A stretch of 60,844 bases of DNA, the filler included, from Asterionella formosa (Eukaryota): NCBI GenBank assembly GCA_002256025.1. It is 10 parts of 10 records of this genome, joined end to end, with 100 filler letters (N's around TTAATTAATTAA, not from the genome) between each part and the next. Parts side by side here need not be neighbours in the genome. Positions count along the whole stretch, not along the records: positions 1 to 6,010 come from NKIB01012857.1; positions 6,111 to 12,122 come from NKIB01012858.1; 8 more parts are not named here. One strand, written 5' to 3'. Position numbers and translations under genes: made by a program. Positions within the stretch are counted from its first letter, which is position 1. Every line of letters begins with the position of its first letter. Positions 1 to 12,122 of the stretch are shown here, in pieces. The notes under the pieces were generated by a model that saw only the letters and a list, made by a program, of their open reading frames with translations, was not told where the DNA came from and did not search any database.

Positions 1-727
1 GACACCAGCAAAAAGAGGCCAAACTGTCAAAAATGTATGCCCAGAATGTACCCATGTCAGTCATCATCTGCTCATTGAATTCCTGTAGAGGGATGTCTGG
101 CATCATGATGGTGAGCACAAAGGGAAGAGGATGCAACCAAGAATCTGCAAATTAGCAATGAATGTGCATGCAAAAATTATAGTAGTACCATATTTGTACT
201 CACAGAAATGGTATATGTCATACGTTAGGGTAATGTTGGGTGGTGCAATTCTAAATAATAGTTGCAGCCACATATGTATCACACTTGTACTGACCAAAAA
301 GGCACATTTTCGCTCAATCAGGATTCCATTTAAAAATTAGCCTTCAGTAGAGAGGTACTGCAAGCTAGTACTAGATAATTACGGGACAATCGTCCAGTAT
401 AACGCCATTAAGGTGGTCTTCACTAAACTTCAACCGAAAATCACTACCCGGCATCTTAGCTTCACCGTGTTCGTCTTGATGAACAACAGTTCGATCATTT
501 TCTCAAATACCGGACGATTGACTGTCCGGTGGAGGTACACAGAATCCAGGTACTTTGTCCGGTAGAACTGCACTGATGTACCATTGCATCCAGTGATGTG
601 TGAGGCATCGCGCGCAATCCATGCAGTGGGGAATCTCTTACCGGTAGACTAGAGTACTGGTACCCGTCATGATGCTACATATACTGCTTTCATGGAACTG
701 CTCTTGTTGTTGCTATAATCAACAACC

Positions 728-1975
728 ATGATGATGGAGGAAGCGATGCATGTCCATCATCACTCGTCCTCTTGCACGTGTTCCCTTGTGCCTCCTGTCA
801 TTAATGTTGGTGATCCATTAGCTGCCACTTCATTATTGGAGGCGCTTTCAAAGTGGGGATGGGCTCCATTGGTTGATGACGATGCCAAGTCCAAGCTTGT
901 TAATGTCAAGGCCACTGTCACTCAATTGTTGGCCACCTCGTCATTATTATCATCGTCATCATCAGAAACTAGTAGCAGTAATAGTGGCAGTGGCAGTGGC
1001 AGTACGGGTAGTTGTAATAACATTACCTATCGCGGTCGAATGTCAGAAAGTGGCGGTGGATTGCATCAAACGGAACCAAAGCAATCCTTGGAAATGACAC
1101 GCTGTCGTGGTTCTCATCATCATCATAATGACTCAACAGCAACAGCAACAAGCATCCTTCATGAATGGTGTGATACCTTGCATTCTGTTGCACAAAAGGT
1201 TCATACCTTACTCAAATTACCAGAAACAATTATGGTACAGGATGAATGTCACTGCGGCAGTTACAGCAGTAGTACTACTGCAACAACAACAACTACTACT
1301 AAGAAACGATGCAATGTGGATTTATTAAGAGTGTTTCAATATGACGCCATTTTACCATCCAAAAATGACAAACACACATCTCTTGGGTCTTCTCCACATA
1401 CAGATTGGGGAAGTTGGACTGTTGTATGGCAAGATTCTCCTGATGCTTGTCTTCAAACATATTGTCGTGCATGTCAAACATATATACATGTTACACCATC
1501 ATTGCCATTATCCTCACAATCATCATTTGACTTTATCATTCATGTTGGAGATGTATTGAGCTTAGCCATGAATCATGCATCAATAACTACTACTACTACT
1601 ACCAACAACAACAACAAGAATAACATGACCACCATCTTTCCTTCACCTCAACATCGGGTCCTATCACCCAAATATGAACCTAGAGTATCACTGGTATATT
1701 TCTGTTATCCACCTCCTGGGATTACATTGGCAACTATTGAAACATCACTCCAGGATGGACATTGTAGTGCTATCCTTCCAGCAAATGGTAGATGTGCCAT
1801 GATCAATTATAGTGATTACTACATACTCAAGAATCAAACCAACATGATTGATGAGGACAACAATAACGACTACACCATCAATTATGAACAAGCGATATAT
1901 CAGTCCATTCGATCTATACCACTGGATCAAGTGATTGCTGCCAAATGGAACCAAGTGCAACGAACTATATCCTAA
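728..1975 (+). CDS. 2-oxoglutarate/Fe(II)-dependent dioxygenase (IPNS/DIOX-like)
   Basis: 415-aa ORF with HxD motif (PHTDWGSWT), distal His (QHRV) and RxS cosubstrate motif (PRVSLVYF); interrupted by poly-Ser/Thr/Asn tracts. Confidence 0.85.
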   Translation: MMMEEAMHVHHHSSSCTCSLVPPVINVGDPLAATSLLEALSKWGWAPLVDDDAKSKLVNVKATVTQLLATSSLLSSSSSETSSSNSGSGSGSTGSCNNITYRGRMSESGGGLHQTEPKQSLEMTRCRGSHHHHNDSTATATSILHEWCDTLHSVAQKVHTLLKLPETIMVQDECHCGSYSSSTTATTTTTTKKRCNVDLLRVFQYDAILPSKNDKHTSLGSSPHTDWGSWTVVWQDSPDACLQTYCRACQTYIHVTPSLPLSSQSSFDFIIHVGDVLSLAMNHASITTTTTTNNNNKNNMTTIFPSPQHRVLSPKYEPRVSLVYFCYPPPGITLATIETSLQDGHCSAILPANGRCAMINYSDYYILKNQTNMIDEDNNNDYTINYEQAIYQSIRSIPLDQVIAAKWNQVQRTIS

Positions 1976-2281
1976 TAATAATAGTTGTTGCAGAATAGTG
2001 TACTATTATCATATATGAAAACTCACTGCTGGTTCCAAACAGGATGATTATATTGCCAAGGACCATGAGGAAATCACATCCTTTGAACCACCAAATGTAG
2101 TATCAAAGGAGCATGATAATATTTGGTACATTATAGTAAGAATTCCCACTATGATGTTCATTGAAATAGTCATTTAGTTATAAATGCAATACAGTATATA
2201 GACTATAAAATGTAGATCAATTGTGGTAATGTCTCTAGTTAACGTCTCACTTGACGACTACAGCTATTATATCCTTCTTCT

Positions 2282-4435
2282 TTAATCAATCTTGATGGAA
2301 CCAAAAATGGTTTTATTGAACCACAACGAACTGGCCACACCAACAAAGCCCGTCATCATGAAAAGTCCCAAGGACACCAATCCCATATATCCAAAGTACA
2401 AAACATAAGTAGCAAAGGAATTGGCCTCAAGCTGTTTGAAATACACAAAGGAATAGAAAAAGACATACAATGCCGTACTTCCTGCTGTGCAGAAGGATCT
2501 CCACCACCAATGATAATTCTCTCCACACAACTGGAAGTAACAGAACAAAATAGTGATTTCAGCGCATGTCAGCAAGAGAATGAAAAAGACCAAAAGCAAA
2601 AAGCCAAAGACGTAATAGTACTGATCCATCCATACGGATGCCAAGATAAAGTACAACTCGACAAAGCATGCTCCAAAGGGCAAGATCCCTCCGATGGCGA
2701 GAGTAAAGGGAATGCCCATAAACCAAGGCTGGTCAGGAATCTGACGAGGAATGGATGAAGTATTAACAGGAAACTCAATGGCATCTTGCTTGTATCCAAA
2801 GTAGGCTCCGAAAAAGACAAGTGGAGTAGAGATTCCAAACCATAGGACCAAGAGCACCACCATGGTTGTGAAGGGGACAGCATCACTCGATCCTTGCGTC
2901 AAAGCCAACAGATCAAGCAAAAAGAAGAAAACAAAGGAAATTCCGGGAAATCCAAATGCTGTGCATGCGGTGGCTTGTTGCCAGGACTTGCCCTTGAATG
3001 TCTTGTAGAGGCGAGCAGTAACGTATCCAGCGATCCCTCCCATGGTGACATATAGAAGCAACTCAGCCATGAGAAGTGCTCCACGGTTGGCTGGTGACAA
3101 GAATCCCATGGCCGAAAAGATAATCGTAAGAAAGCTCATGGCCAAAATTTGAGCTCCTGTTCCGCAGGCGCAGGACAACAAGAGTGGAGAAAAGGAAGGG
3201 GGGCGGAATACATCGGCATGAACCAATTTCCATCCAAATTCCTCCAAGTCTTCTGCCTTTTCTTCATCAGTCGCTAAACGATTGTATCTGGCAAAATCCC
3301 TTCTTAGGTTGCGTACCAGAATGGCCGCAATCATGGCCGATAAGACAATGACAATGACCAATGAATTGGCAATGGACAACCAATGCACCTTGGCAGGGAT
3401 GGCATTGTCCATACTCAAGTAAATGTCCCATCGACTGGCCCATTTCAAATCTTTGTTTTCCTTCCAAGTGACATCGTAGGTGAAAAGCACCTTTCCTGAT
3501 GCCAATTGAGGTCCTGCCTCGGTGACCATATCGAAACTCGTGTGTACGTTGTTATTGCCTCCAGCGCATGACAAAATGGGTTTCATGAGTTTAGCCACCT
3601 TTCCTTCCTTTTCTCCCTCCTTGGTATCGTCGTCGTTGTCTTCCAATGGCTCAAAGGTGTGTTGGATGGAAAAAGGCTCCACTGTAAATCTGACGATACG
3701 GAATTTGTCCACTTCCGTTTCCACCGCATGGTACATGATTTCAATGTTAACGTGGTTGTTGATGTATGCCTTCTTGTCGTTCTCATTCACGTATCCCACT
3801 GGAAATCCCTGCCAGTACCTGGTGGTGATGGTCTCCGCGTCTTCCGACTTGGATGCTGAGGACAGGTTGTCCACGATCCAGTTGTTGTGATAATTCTTCC
3901 GAATGGCCCGAACGACCTTGTTGGGGCTGACTGCACGTTGCTCTCCGCGTCCGAGGTTGGTGATACAAACCTGCTCACAGTACATTTCCGTCTTCATCTG
4001 CAGACGGTAGGGGGAGGATTCAATACGGTCGCCGGCCAAAAACTCGCCGAGGTTTTCATTGTCCATTTTGGGGCCTCCTTCCGGCTGACAAAAGGGGAGC
4101 CGGTAGTAATCCACAGGCATGAGCGTCTTGGCCGACGTCATTTTGTTCACCTTGAGCTTGACACTGAAGCAGTGCGTGAGTGAGTGCGTGAGGAGTACCG
4201 GTTGATCATCATCATTGTCACGGCCTTCCATTGATTATTCTGCTCCATGGCTGGCGCTGTAGCCAGGATTCAACAATGACTTCGCGTAGGACGAGTACTA
4301 CATTCTACGTAAAACAAGAAGGACTTACACATCGCCGCTGGCAAAAGATTGAGGGTTCACTCCTGGAAGGTAAAAGGCCGAGGCCTCATGACAAAGAATG
4401 ATGCCCAATAAGCAAATGGAGGACTGGACTTTCAT
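2282..4435 (-). CDS. TM9SF: Transmembrane 9 superfamily protein (nonaspanin/EMP70); exons 4435-4329 and 4163-2282
   Basis: Exon 1 reads MKVQSSICLLGIILCHEASAFYLPGV (signal peptide plus the canonical FYLPG). A GTAAGT...CAG intron at 4328-4164 joins it in frame to VVKLKVNKMTS. Family motifs ENLGEFL, VHWLSIANS, GWKLVHADVFRPP, ENYHWWWRSF and C-terminal IKID. Confidence 0.95.
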
Positions 4436-6010
4436 GCTTCTGATGCTTTATTTCGTTTAATTCTCCAAAGTAGAATAGACTTCCGGTAATCGACTCCTTC
4501 GTGGTGCGGTTGCTCTCGAAGCTCGTTTGAAAAGTCACCACGAGGTTGAGAATATTTGATTATTACTTTGTCCCCTGAACTACCAGTAATAGCTCTGCAC
4601 AGTAGTATACCGGTACTAGTAGGAGGACCTGGTATGTACTAGTTTCCGTAGTTTTTATATGGTACGCCAGTTTACAGTACGAACTCTTTTCCTCCTCTCA
4701 ACGAACAAGATCCATTTTTTCGGTCACACCAAGGAAGAAAAAGAAGCAAGAAATTCTACACCAGCAAGTACCAAGCACCGTTTGTACGTACTTGCACTTT
4801 TGTCCAGTGAAACTGGTCTACTGGCATCAACAATGTGTGTACGATTTATTGATGAATGTCTGTCTTAATGTGAAAACCTTACGACTGCACTTCAGTGTTT
4901 TGTATGTACAAAAGAATCGCTGTACTTGAGCTAAGTAATAATATACTAGCGCTTATCGTAGGCTACTATGTATAACTTACAAACACACAGCTTTTGGGTT
5001 ACAAGTTGTGTCATCTTGTGTGTCGCACCAGGCCATCTTAACACCAAATGAATAGTTCTATTGTATTTCAAATAGGAATTCATTAGTATTGCTAGAATGG
5101 AAACCAAATAAAAATGGGGGGCGGGGGCGGGGGGGTGGGGGACAATAACAAGGAAAACATTACCTGTTCAAATCTTGTTCTTTTGTTGCTTGTATGGACA
5201 AAACAATTGATTTGAATTGGAAACAGGATGGCTGATCAAGGGAATATCATGCTGGCTGAGCAATTTATGCTATGCAAAAGGCGCAACAGTTGCATCAAAC
5301 ACAACAGGCAGCGCAAGTGCCAAAACTCACAATTTCCAACTTGCTTTCCCTTTGGCTTTTGCTGTTGTTGCAGCACAGTTGCATGACATGGCCTCCATAT
5401 CTTTTTATATGTCAGACCAATCTCCATTAATTCTGATTGTCCCAGCTGAGCTTACTACTGAAAATGATTACATTGACAACTATATTCAGATGGAAATGAT
5501 AATGAATTTTCATAGATGGAAAAAATGTTCACTTCCTTGGTTGGAACATTGCCCTTGAACATTGGCTAGCCTGCAAAGCTGTTTTGGTCTTTCATGCTGG
5601 CTCGAAAACCAGCAAGCTTGCATCTATGAAAACACCAGCAAAAGACATGGCTTGTCTACTGGCATATAAGCAGGCGATTGCAGCATTAGACTCTCCACAT
5701 TTTTCGGTTGAATCCCGGAAATATTTTGCTTGCTCCGTCAAGAAAAAGGATGAACCAATTACCTCTCAAGCTCTTTGCCGATAATATTTGGATTCAAGGA
5801 GCATGTGTGCTGTTATCATTTTGGTGCTAGTAACTTTGTATCAATGAATAATGGCGAGTGCTTCCGTGACACAAGTAATGACATGTTGATTAAGAAGTTC
5901 AGAAAGGAATTGGCCTTGAATAGCAAGTTGAGCCGCACCCCTCAGGAAATCGAAAATGAGCTTCCTCCCCAATTCTGGGAGTACAAGAAGAGCCAATGGT
6001 ATTTTAAATT

Positions 6011-6110
6011 NNNNNNNNNNNNNNNNNNNNNNNNNNNNNNNNNNNNNNNNNNNNTTAATTAATTAANNNNNNNNNNNNNNNNNNNNNNNNNNNNNNNNNN
6101 NNNNNNNNNN
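6011..6110. other. Artificial contig linker (N-run, TTAATTAATTAA, N-run)
   Basis: The same 100-nt spacer with stops in all frames recurs at 12123, 18230, 24335, 30435, 36525, 42609, 48692 and 54772. Intervening contigs shrink monotonically (6012, 6007, 6005, 6000, 5990, 5984, 5983, 5980 nt). Confidence 0.98.
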
Positions 6111-7833
6111 GGTCAGGATAATGCATGAGTGTATCTGCAACTAACAATGCTTTCATTTCTTCAAAAGCTTGTTGATGGATAGGTAACCAGACAAAGGGAC
6201 TAGTTCCAATTAAATCCGTAAGTGGTCCAAGAACATGAGATCGTCTAGGAAACATGTCTCGATAGTAAGTAACAGCACCAAGAAATGATCGAACTTGTTT
6301 AAGATTGGTAGGTGAAGACATATTAATAAATGCTTGGACCTTTTTAGACCGAGGTTTCAGTCCATTATTAGGAGTTAACCAATAGCCTAACCAATCTGTC
6401 TCTTGGACGGCCCATTCACACTTAGATGGATTAATTGTAAAACCATTTATCTGTAAACGATGTAAAATAGTGTCCAATAAATGAAGGTGATCTGAAAAAT
6501 TCATTGAAAAACAACCCACATCATCAATATAAGTTTCCACATCATCTAAATCACTAAGGATCTGTTCCATAGTTTCTTGTGCAATGTCAGATGATTGTTT
6601 CACCCCCATAGGGAGGCGTAAATATTTATATAAACCAAATGGAGTTGAAATAACACACAAGTTTTGACTCTCCACATCCAATGCAAAAGTGTAGTATTGC
6701 ATGGAAACATCCAATTTGGTGAAAAATACATATCCAGCACGTTTAGTGAGAATAGTTTGTATTCGAGGCAAAGGATATATATTGGGATTGATGACTTCAT
6801 TAAGTTCATGAAAATCTGATACCCATCGGACACTGCCATCCTTTTTAGGAATAATAAAAGTGGGAGATTCCCATTTAGAAGCACCACATTTTTGTAGGAC
6901 TCCATTATCACATAATCGTTGTAATTCCGTTTTGAAAACTTCTAAATGAATATGAACGATCGGATATGCTCGTTGATGACGAGGGACAGCATTTGATAGT
7001 AATTCCAAATGTACCTGTTTGTGAGGATAGACTTTTAATTTGCCATCAAATAATGTTTGATATTTAACCAATATAGATCGTAAACATGATCGTTGTATTG
7101 TTGTCAAATGTATCTGTTTATCCACCACTGTATCAATATTTACGTAATTATATTCAGCAGCTTTAATTTCCAGCGCATATGAAGATTCCACAATCATAGG
7201 TGCATCGAAATATAATAATACATCTCGTAAACGTTCTCTATCATCAAAGAATGTGAGAGGATGCATAGGAACGATCATATCCATACAGGACATGGTGTTA
7301 CTTACGAAATCAATGGTTAAACCAACTTGACGGAGGAAATCACGTCCTAAAATAACATCAAATGTGCATAGACCATTGAAGACTTGACACTTTTGTTGTA
7401 AAATATGAGCGGATCGATTAAATTCTGGTAAAGTCAGGTCATAGAGCATGACACTGGCATGAGATGAATAAGTACCAGCTATGGTAAGTATTAATTGGGA
7501 AGTCTCGTCAGACAAAGAAATACCTTGAGGCATAACCCGTTCATGTATTAAGGATAACGATCCTCCACTATCGAATAATACTTGTAATATTTTATGTATC
7601 GGTATATTATTCACCAATTTTGGCGCTAAAAGAGACATCGGAATCAAATCAATTGATGTTAATATATCCTTAAAAGTAAAACAGGAAACCGGAATTGGTC
7701 CCTGATATGTATGTGGAACATCATGTCCATCAATACAGTTATACATATCCCGCGTTACATTAACAGCGGTATCCATAGTGTATTCAACCTCTCTAATGGC
7801 GATCAGCAATCTGCTGTTGTGTAGTAGGGACAA
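6111..7833 (-). CDS. pol: Gypsy pol (aspartic protease + reverse transcriptase), partial
   Basis: Protease LFDSGGS and ILGRDFL; RT motifs SPTFIIPKKDGSVRWVSDF, YLRLPMG, YIDD, KQVRSFLGAVTYYR. Truncated before RNase H. Confidence 0.92.
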
Positions 7834-9094
7834 AAGTCACTATCTGACCAGCAGGAGGGTTCGTGACCACAGAAATTTCCTGGGCAGATGTATTCTCGGT
7901 AGGATCGGCACGTGGCATGGTACCCCAACCAGATGGACGAGTATTATGACCCCATGTATTTAACATACGAGCATGTGGAACAGGTAAAGGGTTAGCAGTG
8001 TCAGTATGATAGCTTTCTGTAGGATTGCTGTGTGCACCGCCTCCACGACCACCAAAATGTCCTCGTCTACCGAAACTGGAACGGCCATATCCATTATGAC
8101 GACCAGCCATGCGACCTGCTCGACCACCTTGAGTACGAGGATTCTGAAAACAATTGTCCCAAGTATGTACACCTTCAGGATGTACCGGGCAAGTACCGCG
8201 ATAATCATGGTACGTACGACTGGCTTGTAGAGCTTGATGACGAACAGTTGCCTGACGATCCCATGCGCGTCCGGCTGCATTGACAATAGCACGCGCTCTT
8301 CCACGACCACTTGGAGTAAAATTATCGTTGTAGAATTGACGACTGACACTCTCGTTTTCTTGACGCATCACACGATTGCCTTCAGCAATGCGAAGACGGT
8401 TCTGTGGTGTGATTGTTTGAAAACTGTTCTTGGGAAGATGCTTGTTTTGATCCTTAAACGATTGTTGACTCTCGAAGTAAGCGAGAACCAAGCGAATCAA
8501 TTGTTCTGAAGTTTTGGCATGATTCAATTCAAACTCTTGTTGCCACTCATCGGGCATAGAACGGATAATGATAATCCGCATATCTTCTTTTGACAATCCA
8601 ACTTGATCTTCTGGATGAGGCATTAGTTGAAGTAGCCTGTTTAAAGTTTTAATACGAGCTCCGAAATCCATTACCAACATAGAAAAGGGTTTAGATAAAT
8701 AACGTAGCATCCATTGTCGTTGGTGATGTTGAAAACTCTCGTTTGGTAAATGATTGTCTAACCATAAAACCATCGCTTCATCGAAACTATCGTAAGATTG
8801 ATCTTCTGGGTGTACTTCCACATTCAACCAATCCGATAAGGCAATGTCGGTCAAACACCTTTTCAAGTAGGAAAAGTTATCTGCAGGGCTAAAGGCACAT
8901 GTGTTAGCCATGTCACGAAATTGACTCACTCCAATTAACAATGCTTCCACCGAGCTTCCATAGATCATATCTTGATCAAACGATTCAAACCTTCCACCGG
9001 TTAAAGCAACTCTGAATGTTTAAGTCTTGATAGTCAATACATTGTAGTCTTTGATCAAAGGAATCACAGGAACCCTTGAATACATGATTGCCAT
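7793..9094 (-). pseudogene. gag: Gypsy gag with one in-frame stop near the N-terminus
   Basis: ATG at 9094 is in frame with the 391-aa ORF but has TAA at 9022-9020. Capsid-like helical region (RSMPDEWQQEF), CPVHPEGVHTWDNC knuckle and RGG-rich tail; lies directly upstream of pol. Confidence 0.8.
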
Positions 9095-9691
9095 GTTTGT
9101 TGTCTTCTAATTCGACTCTTTTTGAATTCAAAGTGAAGTATCTAACTAGAAGTAGTAGTATTTGTTGAATATATGAGCTTATTAATTAATCCTTATGTAT
9201 AACTCATTTCCTGAACTGACATCAAAGTATAGAATGGGTGTTAGTCGAGTTCTCTCATTATTGAATTCCGATATATTTGACACAACCCTAACTCTATATA
9301 TATCTGTATCGATGTGCAGGATTGCTCACCAGGTACTTTATAATAATATATGTAATATACCCGCCCGCCACCCATGATGTGAGTCCGGCAGATGGAGTGG
9401 TATGCCTATACCCCCCGGTACTATACTGGTTGTTTGTAGGCTGCAGCGCCGGAATATTTGTCCGGTCGGTGATGCAATGGTTTTATGAGTTCATGTGGAT
9501 TTTGAAAAAGAAAACGACGTCGGCGTTCGTTGGTTTTGTTGTTGTTTTGATGAAATGAAGGGCGTCGTTGAATAAGGGTTGTAGCGGAACAGTACGTCGT
9601 CGTGGAGGTGGATCATACCGAGCAAATAAACGCGATTTCAATGGGCTGGTGTTGCCTATATTTTTACAATGGCTACATGCATTGCCTTTGT

Positions 9692-10935
9692 TCAGGTGGG
9701 TAGAGGTGGGATACAACCGGAGTTTTTCACATTGTAGTATGTAGTGGTGCTATTGATGGCTGAGACTTGTTGTTGGGCCATTGCTGGGAGGTGCCGGAGG
9801 TATTCTTTCCAGGAGTCACTCTTCCAACGAAGGCAGTATTGGATGATGTCTTTTGGCATGAGGGCCAAGAACAGAAGAACACAAGCGCCTACTCATGCAG
9901 AGTGAGTTGAGTATTTTGCTAGGTCAAGGGGGTCATTGACTTTGTGTACAAGGCTTGCTAAGTTTTTCATCTTTTCTCTTATTTCCAGGTCATTGATGAG
10001 TTTTACTGTGGAGGTTAGATGACAATCCACCATGGTGTACATACAGAGTGGGTGTAGTGGGGTATGTGATGGTCTTTTGCTCGGACAAAAATTCGAAGGA
10101 TAGAGCGGATTGGGCAACGTTCAGGATGGTTGTCATCTCTTACTAGGTTGCGGGTTTGATCAACTTCTGAATTTTTTTTACGTTGCCAGGTTAATTCAAA
10201 TTTGGAGATATTGAAAAACGATAATATGATGGCTTGTGTTGCAGAGATTGTGTGTTCATCGGCAACAAAGAAACGAAAATCTTGTCCTAAGAATGCCTTT
10301 GGCTCATTGTCAATGTTGTATGCTATTGTGCCCCTGTTTGTATGTGTTGAGTATCTGCAATATTCAGACAAGCGTAAACCGGTGTACAGGGCCAGGGTTA
10401 GCCAATCAGCCAAGGATGCGGTGAGGCTGTTTGGGTTGGATTCTTTTTGTGCTTGTTTGCAGAGGAAATTAAGCATTTCTTTGGTAAAAGGGTTTGCTTT
10501 TCAGGGCCGGTTTTCCTATCGAGCGATTTCCTCAAGGATTTTTTGCAATTCATAGCAAAGTCCTGTGCGTTGAGAGGTGATCCGAGGATCGAGAAGAATT
10601 TTCGCATCATCGACAATTAACTGTTGGAAATGGTTTAGTAAATGTTGGGCAACATGACGGGTGTATCCGTCAATTGTGTCTTGTTTCACCAATGTGCCGT
10701 GGATTGTGTTTCCCAGGGCAAGGTGTTGGGCATAGAGAGCCATCTGGATGTTGCGTTGGCATTGGGAGTATGTTGTCAGGTAAGGGTCAATCTGTTTTTG
10801 TCTGCAATATTTCATGTAATGTTTTACATGTGACTGAGCTGTCCTAGCTGAATTTTGGTTGTGGGAATAATTACAGATCCAGTAGAGAACGCGGAGTTCA
10901 GGAACTTGAGTAACTCGGGACTTGGTCGGAAGCAC
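9692..10935 (-). pseudogene. Tyrosine recombinase of the YR retrotransposon (frameshifted)
   Basis: LALYTGLRLSEY (catalytic R), RCPIRS, then HSA*VGAC (HxxR Arg codon now TGA at 9895-9893) and LRWKSDSWKEYLR (W and catalytic Y). Confidence 0.85.
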
Positions 10936-12122
10936 CTCAAGCCTTGGATCTCAGGAATTTGTTGTTTGAGGGATTGGGTAGCAACATGAATATGTGAGTC
11001 AAGTTGAAAATGGGTGTGATCAAGTGTTCTTGAGATTTGTCAGCTAAAATTTTTTCCTCTCCCTTGATATAGGAGCCTGATACACCAATTCGCCAGTGCA
11101 TGAGGATGTAACGAAATAGTCATGCCAAGGACTTGCTTTCGTTTGTGGTTCCTGTATCACTTGACATTTTTCTGGTCCATGCAGATGCTGCCGTTGTGTT
11201 GTCTGTCCATATTTGGACTACAGGGTCTGGTGGTGAGTTCTTGTTGTGTATTTGTCCAATCACTTCAATGCACGCTGCCAGATTAACAATTATGCTCACA
11301 TACTCAAACAAGTTAATGGATAGCAGGGCTGGATCCTTTTTCTTTAGGCCACAGGTTCAAGAGTGTGCGAAGCTGGAGTGATAATGGCCAGGTGAGCTGC
11401 CACCAAAAGTTCAAGGGAATGGAGAAACCTCCTCCTCCTCTCAAGCACGCATCGCCAAGGGAGTCATAGTCTGCGCATCTTGGGATAAGATGGCTAATTG
11501 GTGCCTCCCATTTATAGGGACACTGTGCAGTGTATATACTGGGACGGTGTGTCAATTCATCGCGCATGGGTACACTTATGAAGGTTTTTTCTGTTGGAAA
11601 TGCTTGCTTATTGTATTGTGGAGTGTGCTCATGAATGCAATGAACAGGAATGCTCCCCATCGGCAACATTGAGTTACATTGACAAGGGTGCCTGCCAACT
11701 GGCTGGCTTCCAAGATTGTGAAGCTTTTTCTTTGGGGGCCCCATGTAGTGGTTAGAGCTGTGTGTATTGCAACCCTTTTGTCAATGGGTAGACTCACTGA
11801 CATTTTCCTTGTGTTAACAATTTTTCCCAGGATGTTTCTGCGGTAGGAAATCTCTGTTTCATGGAGTTTATCCATGTCTGTGGCATCAGGTTTCAAGGTG
11901 TGATCTGGAAGACCAAGTACTAAATTGTTTGCTGTGATAGATGCTCTGGTAGCCCTGAGTATGTGATCAATGGATGCTGCTGCATAGATTTTGTTGTCGA
12001 CATGCATGGCAAAGTTTGGTGGGGAAACTGTGTTTTGGTCAGTAAGTTTTCCAGGGTTGAATTTGTCTTTGGTTGCTTTTGTGAAAGTGATGGATTTGTA
12101 TTCTGGATCTGGGCTAACTTTT
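10823..12122 (-). pseudogene. RT C-terminus/RNase H of the YR retrotransposon (frameshifted)
   Basis: Degenerate YxDD (MHVDN), ILGKIVNTRKMSVSLP, RNase H motifs GDACLRGGGG, INLFEY, WTDNTTA and YIKGEE..LADK, spread over several frames. Confidence 0.8.

Larger units (their letters stand above)
6111..9355 (-). mobile_element. Ty3/Gypsy LTR retrotransposon, 3' part cut by contig end
   Basis: Gag followed by pol in protease-RT order. The AT-rich 9100-9355 segment is the probable leader/5' LTR; its boundary is uncertain. Confidence 0.9.
9360..12122 (-). mobile_element. DIRS/Ngaro-like tyrosine-recombinase retrotransposon (decayed, 5' part cut by contig end)
   Basis: RT-RNase H followed by an overlapping tyrosine recombinase ORF; no DDE integrase. 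Confidence 0.85.

Noticed and set aside
4373..4435. ASAF motif suggesting diatom plastid targeting of TM9SF
   Set aside because: FYLPG is the conserved mature N-terminus of TM9SF proteins, so the match is incidental.
5217..6010. Broken protein-like frames at the end of the first contig
   Set aside because: Possibly a decayed gene or TE, but no identifiable motif.
6111..12122. RT plus recombinase as a novel retron-, DGR- or shufflon-like system
   Set aside because: The motifs resolve into two ordinary eukaryotic retroelements (Gypsy and DIRS-like), both decayed.
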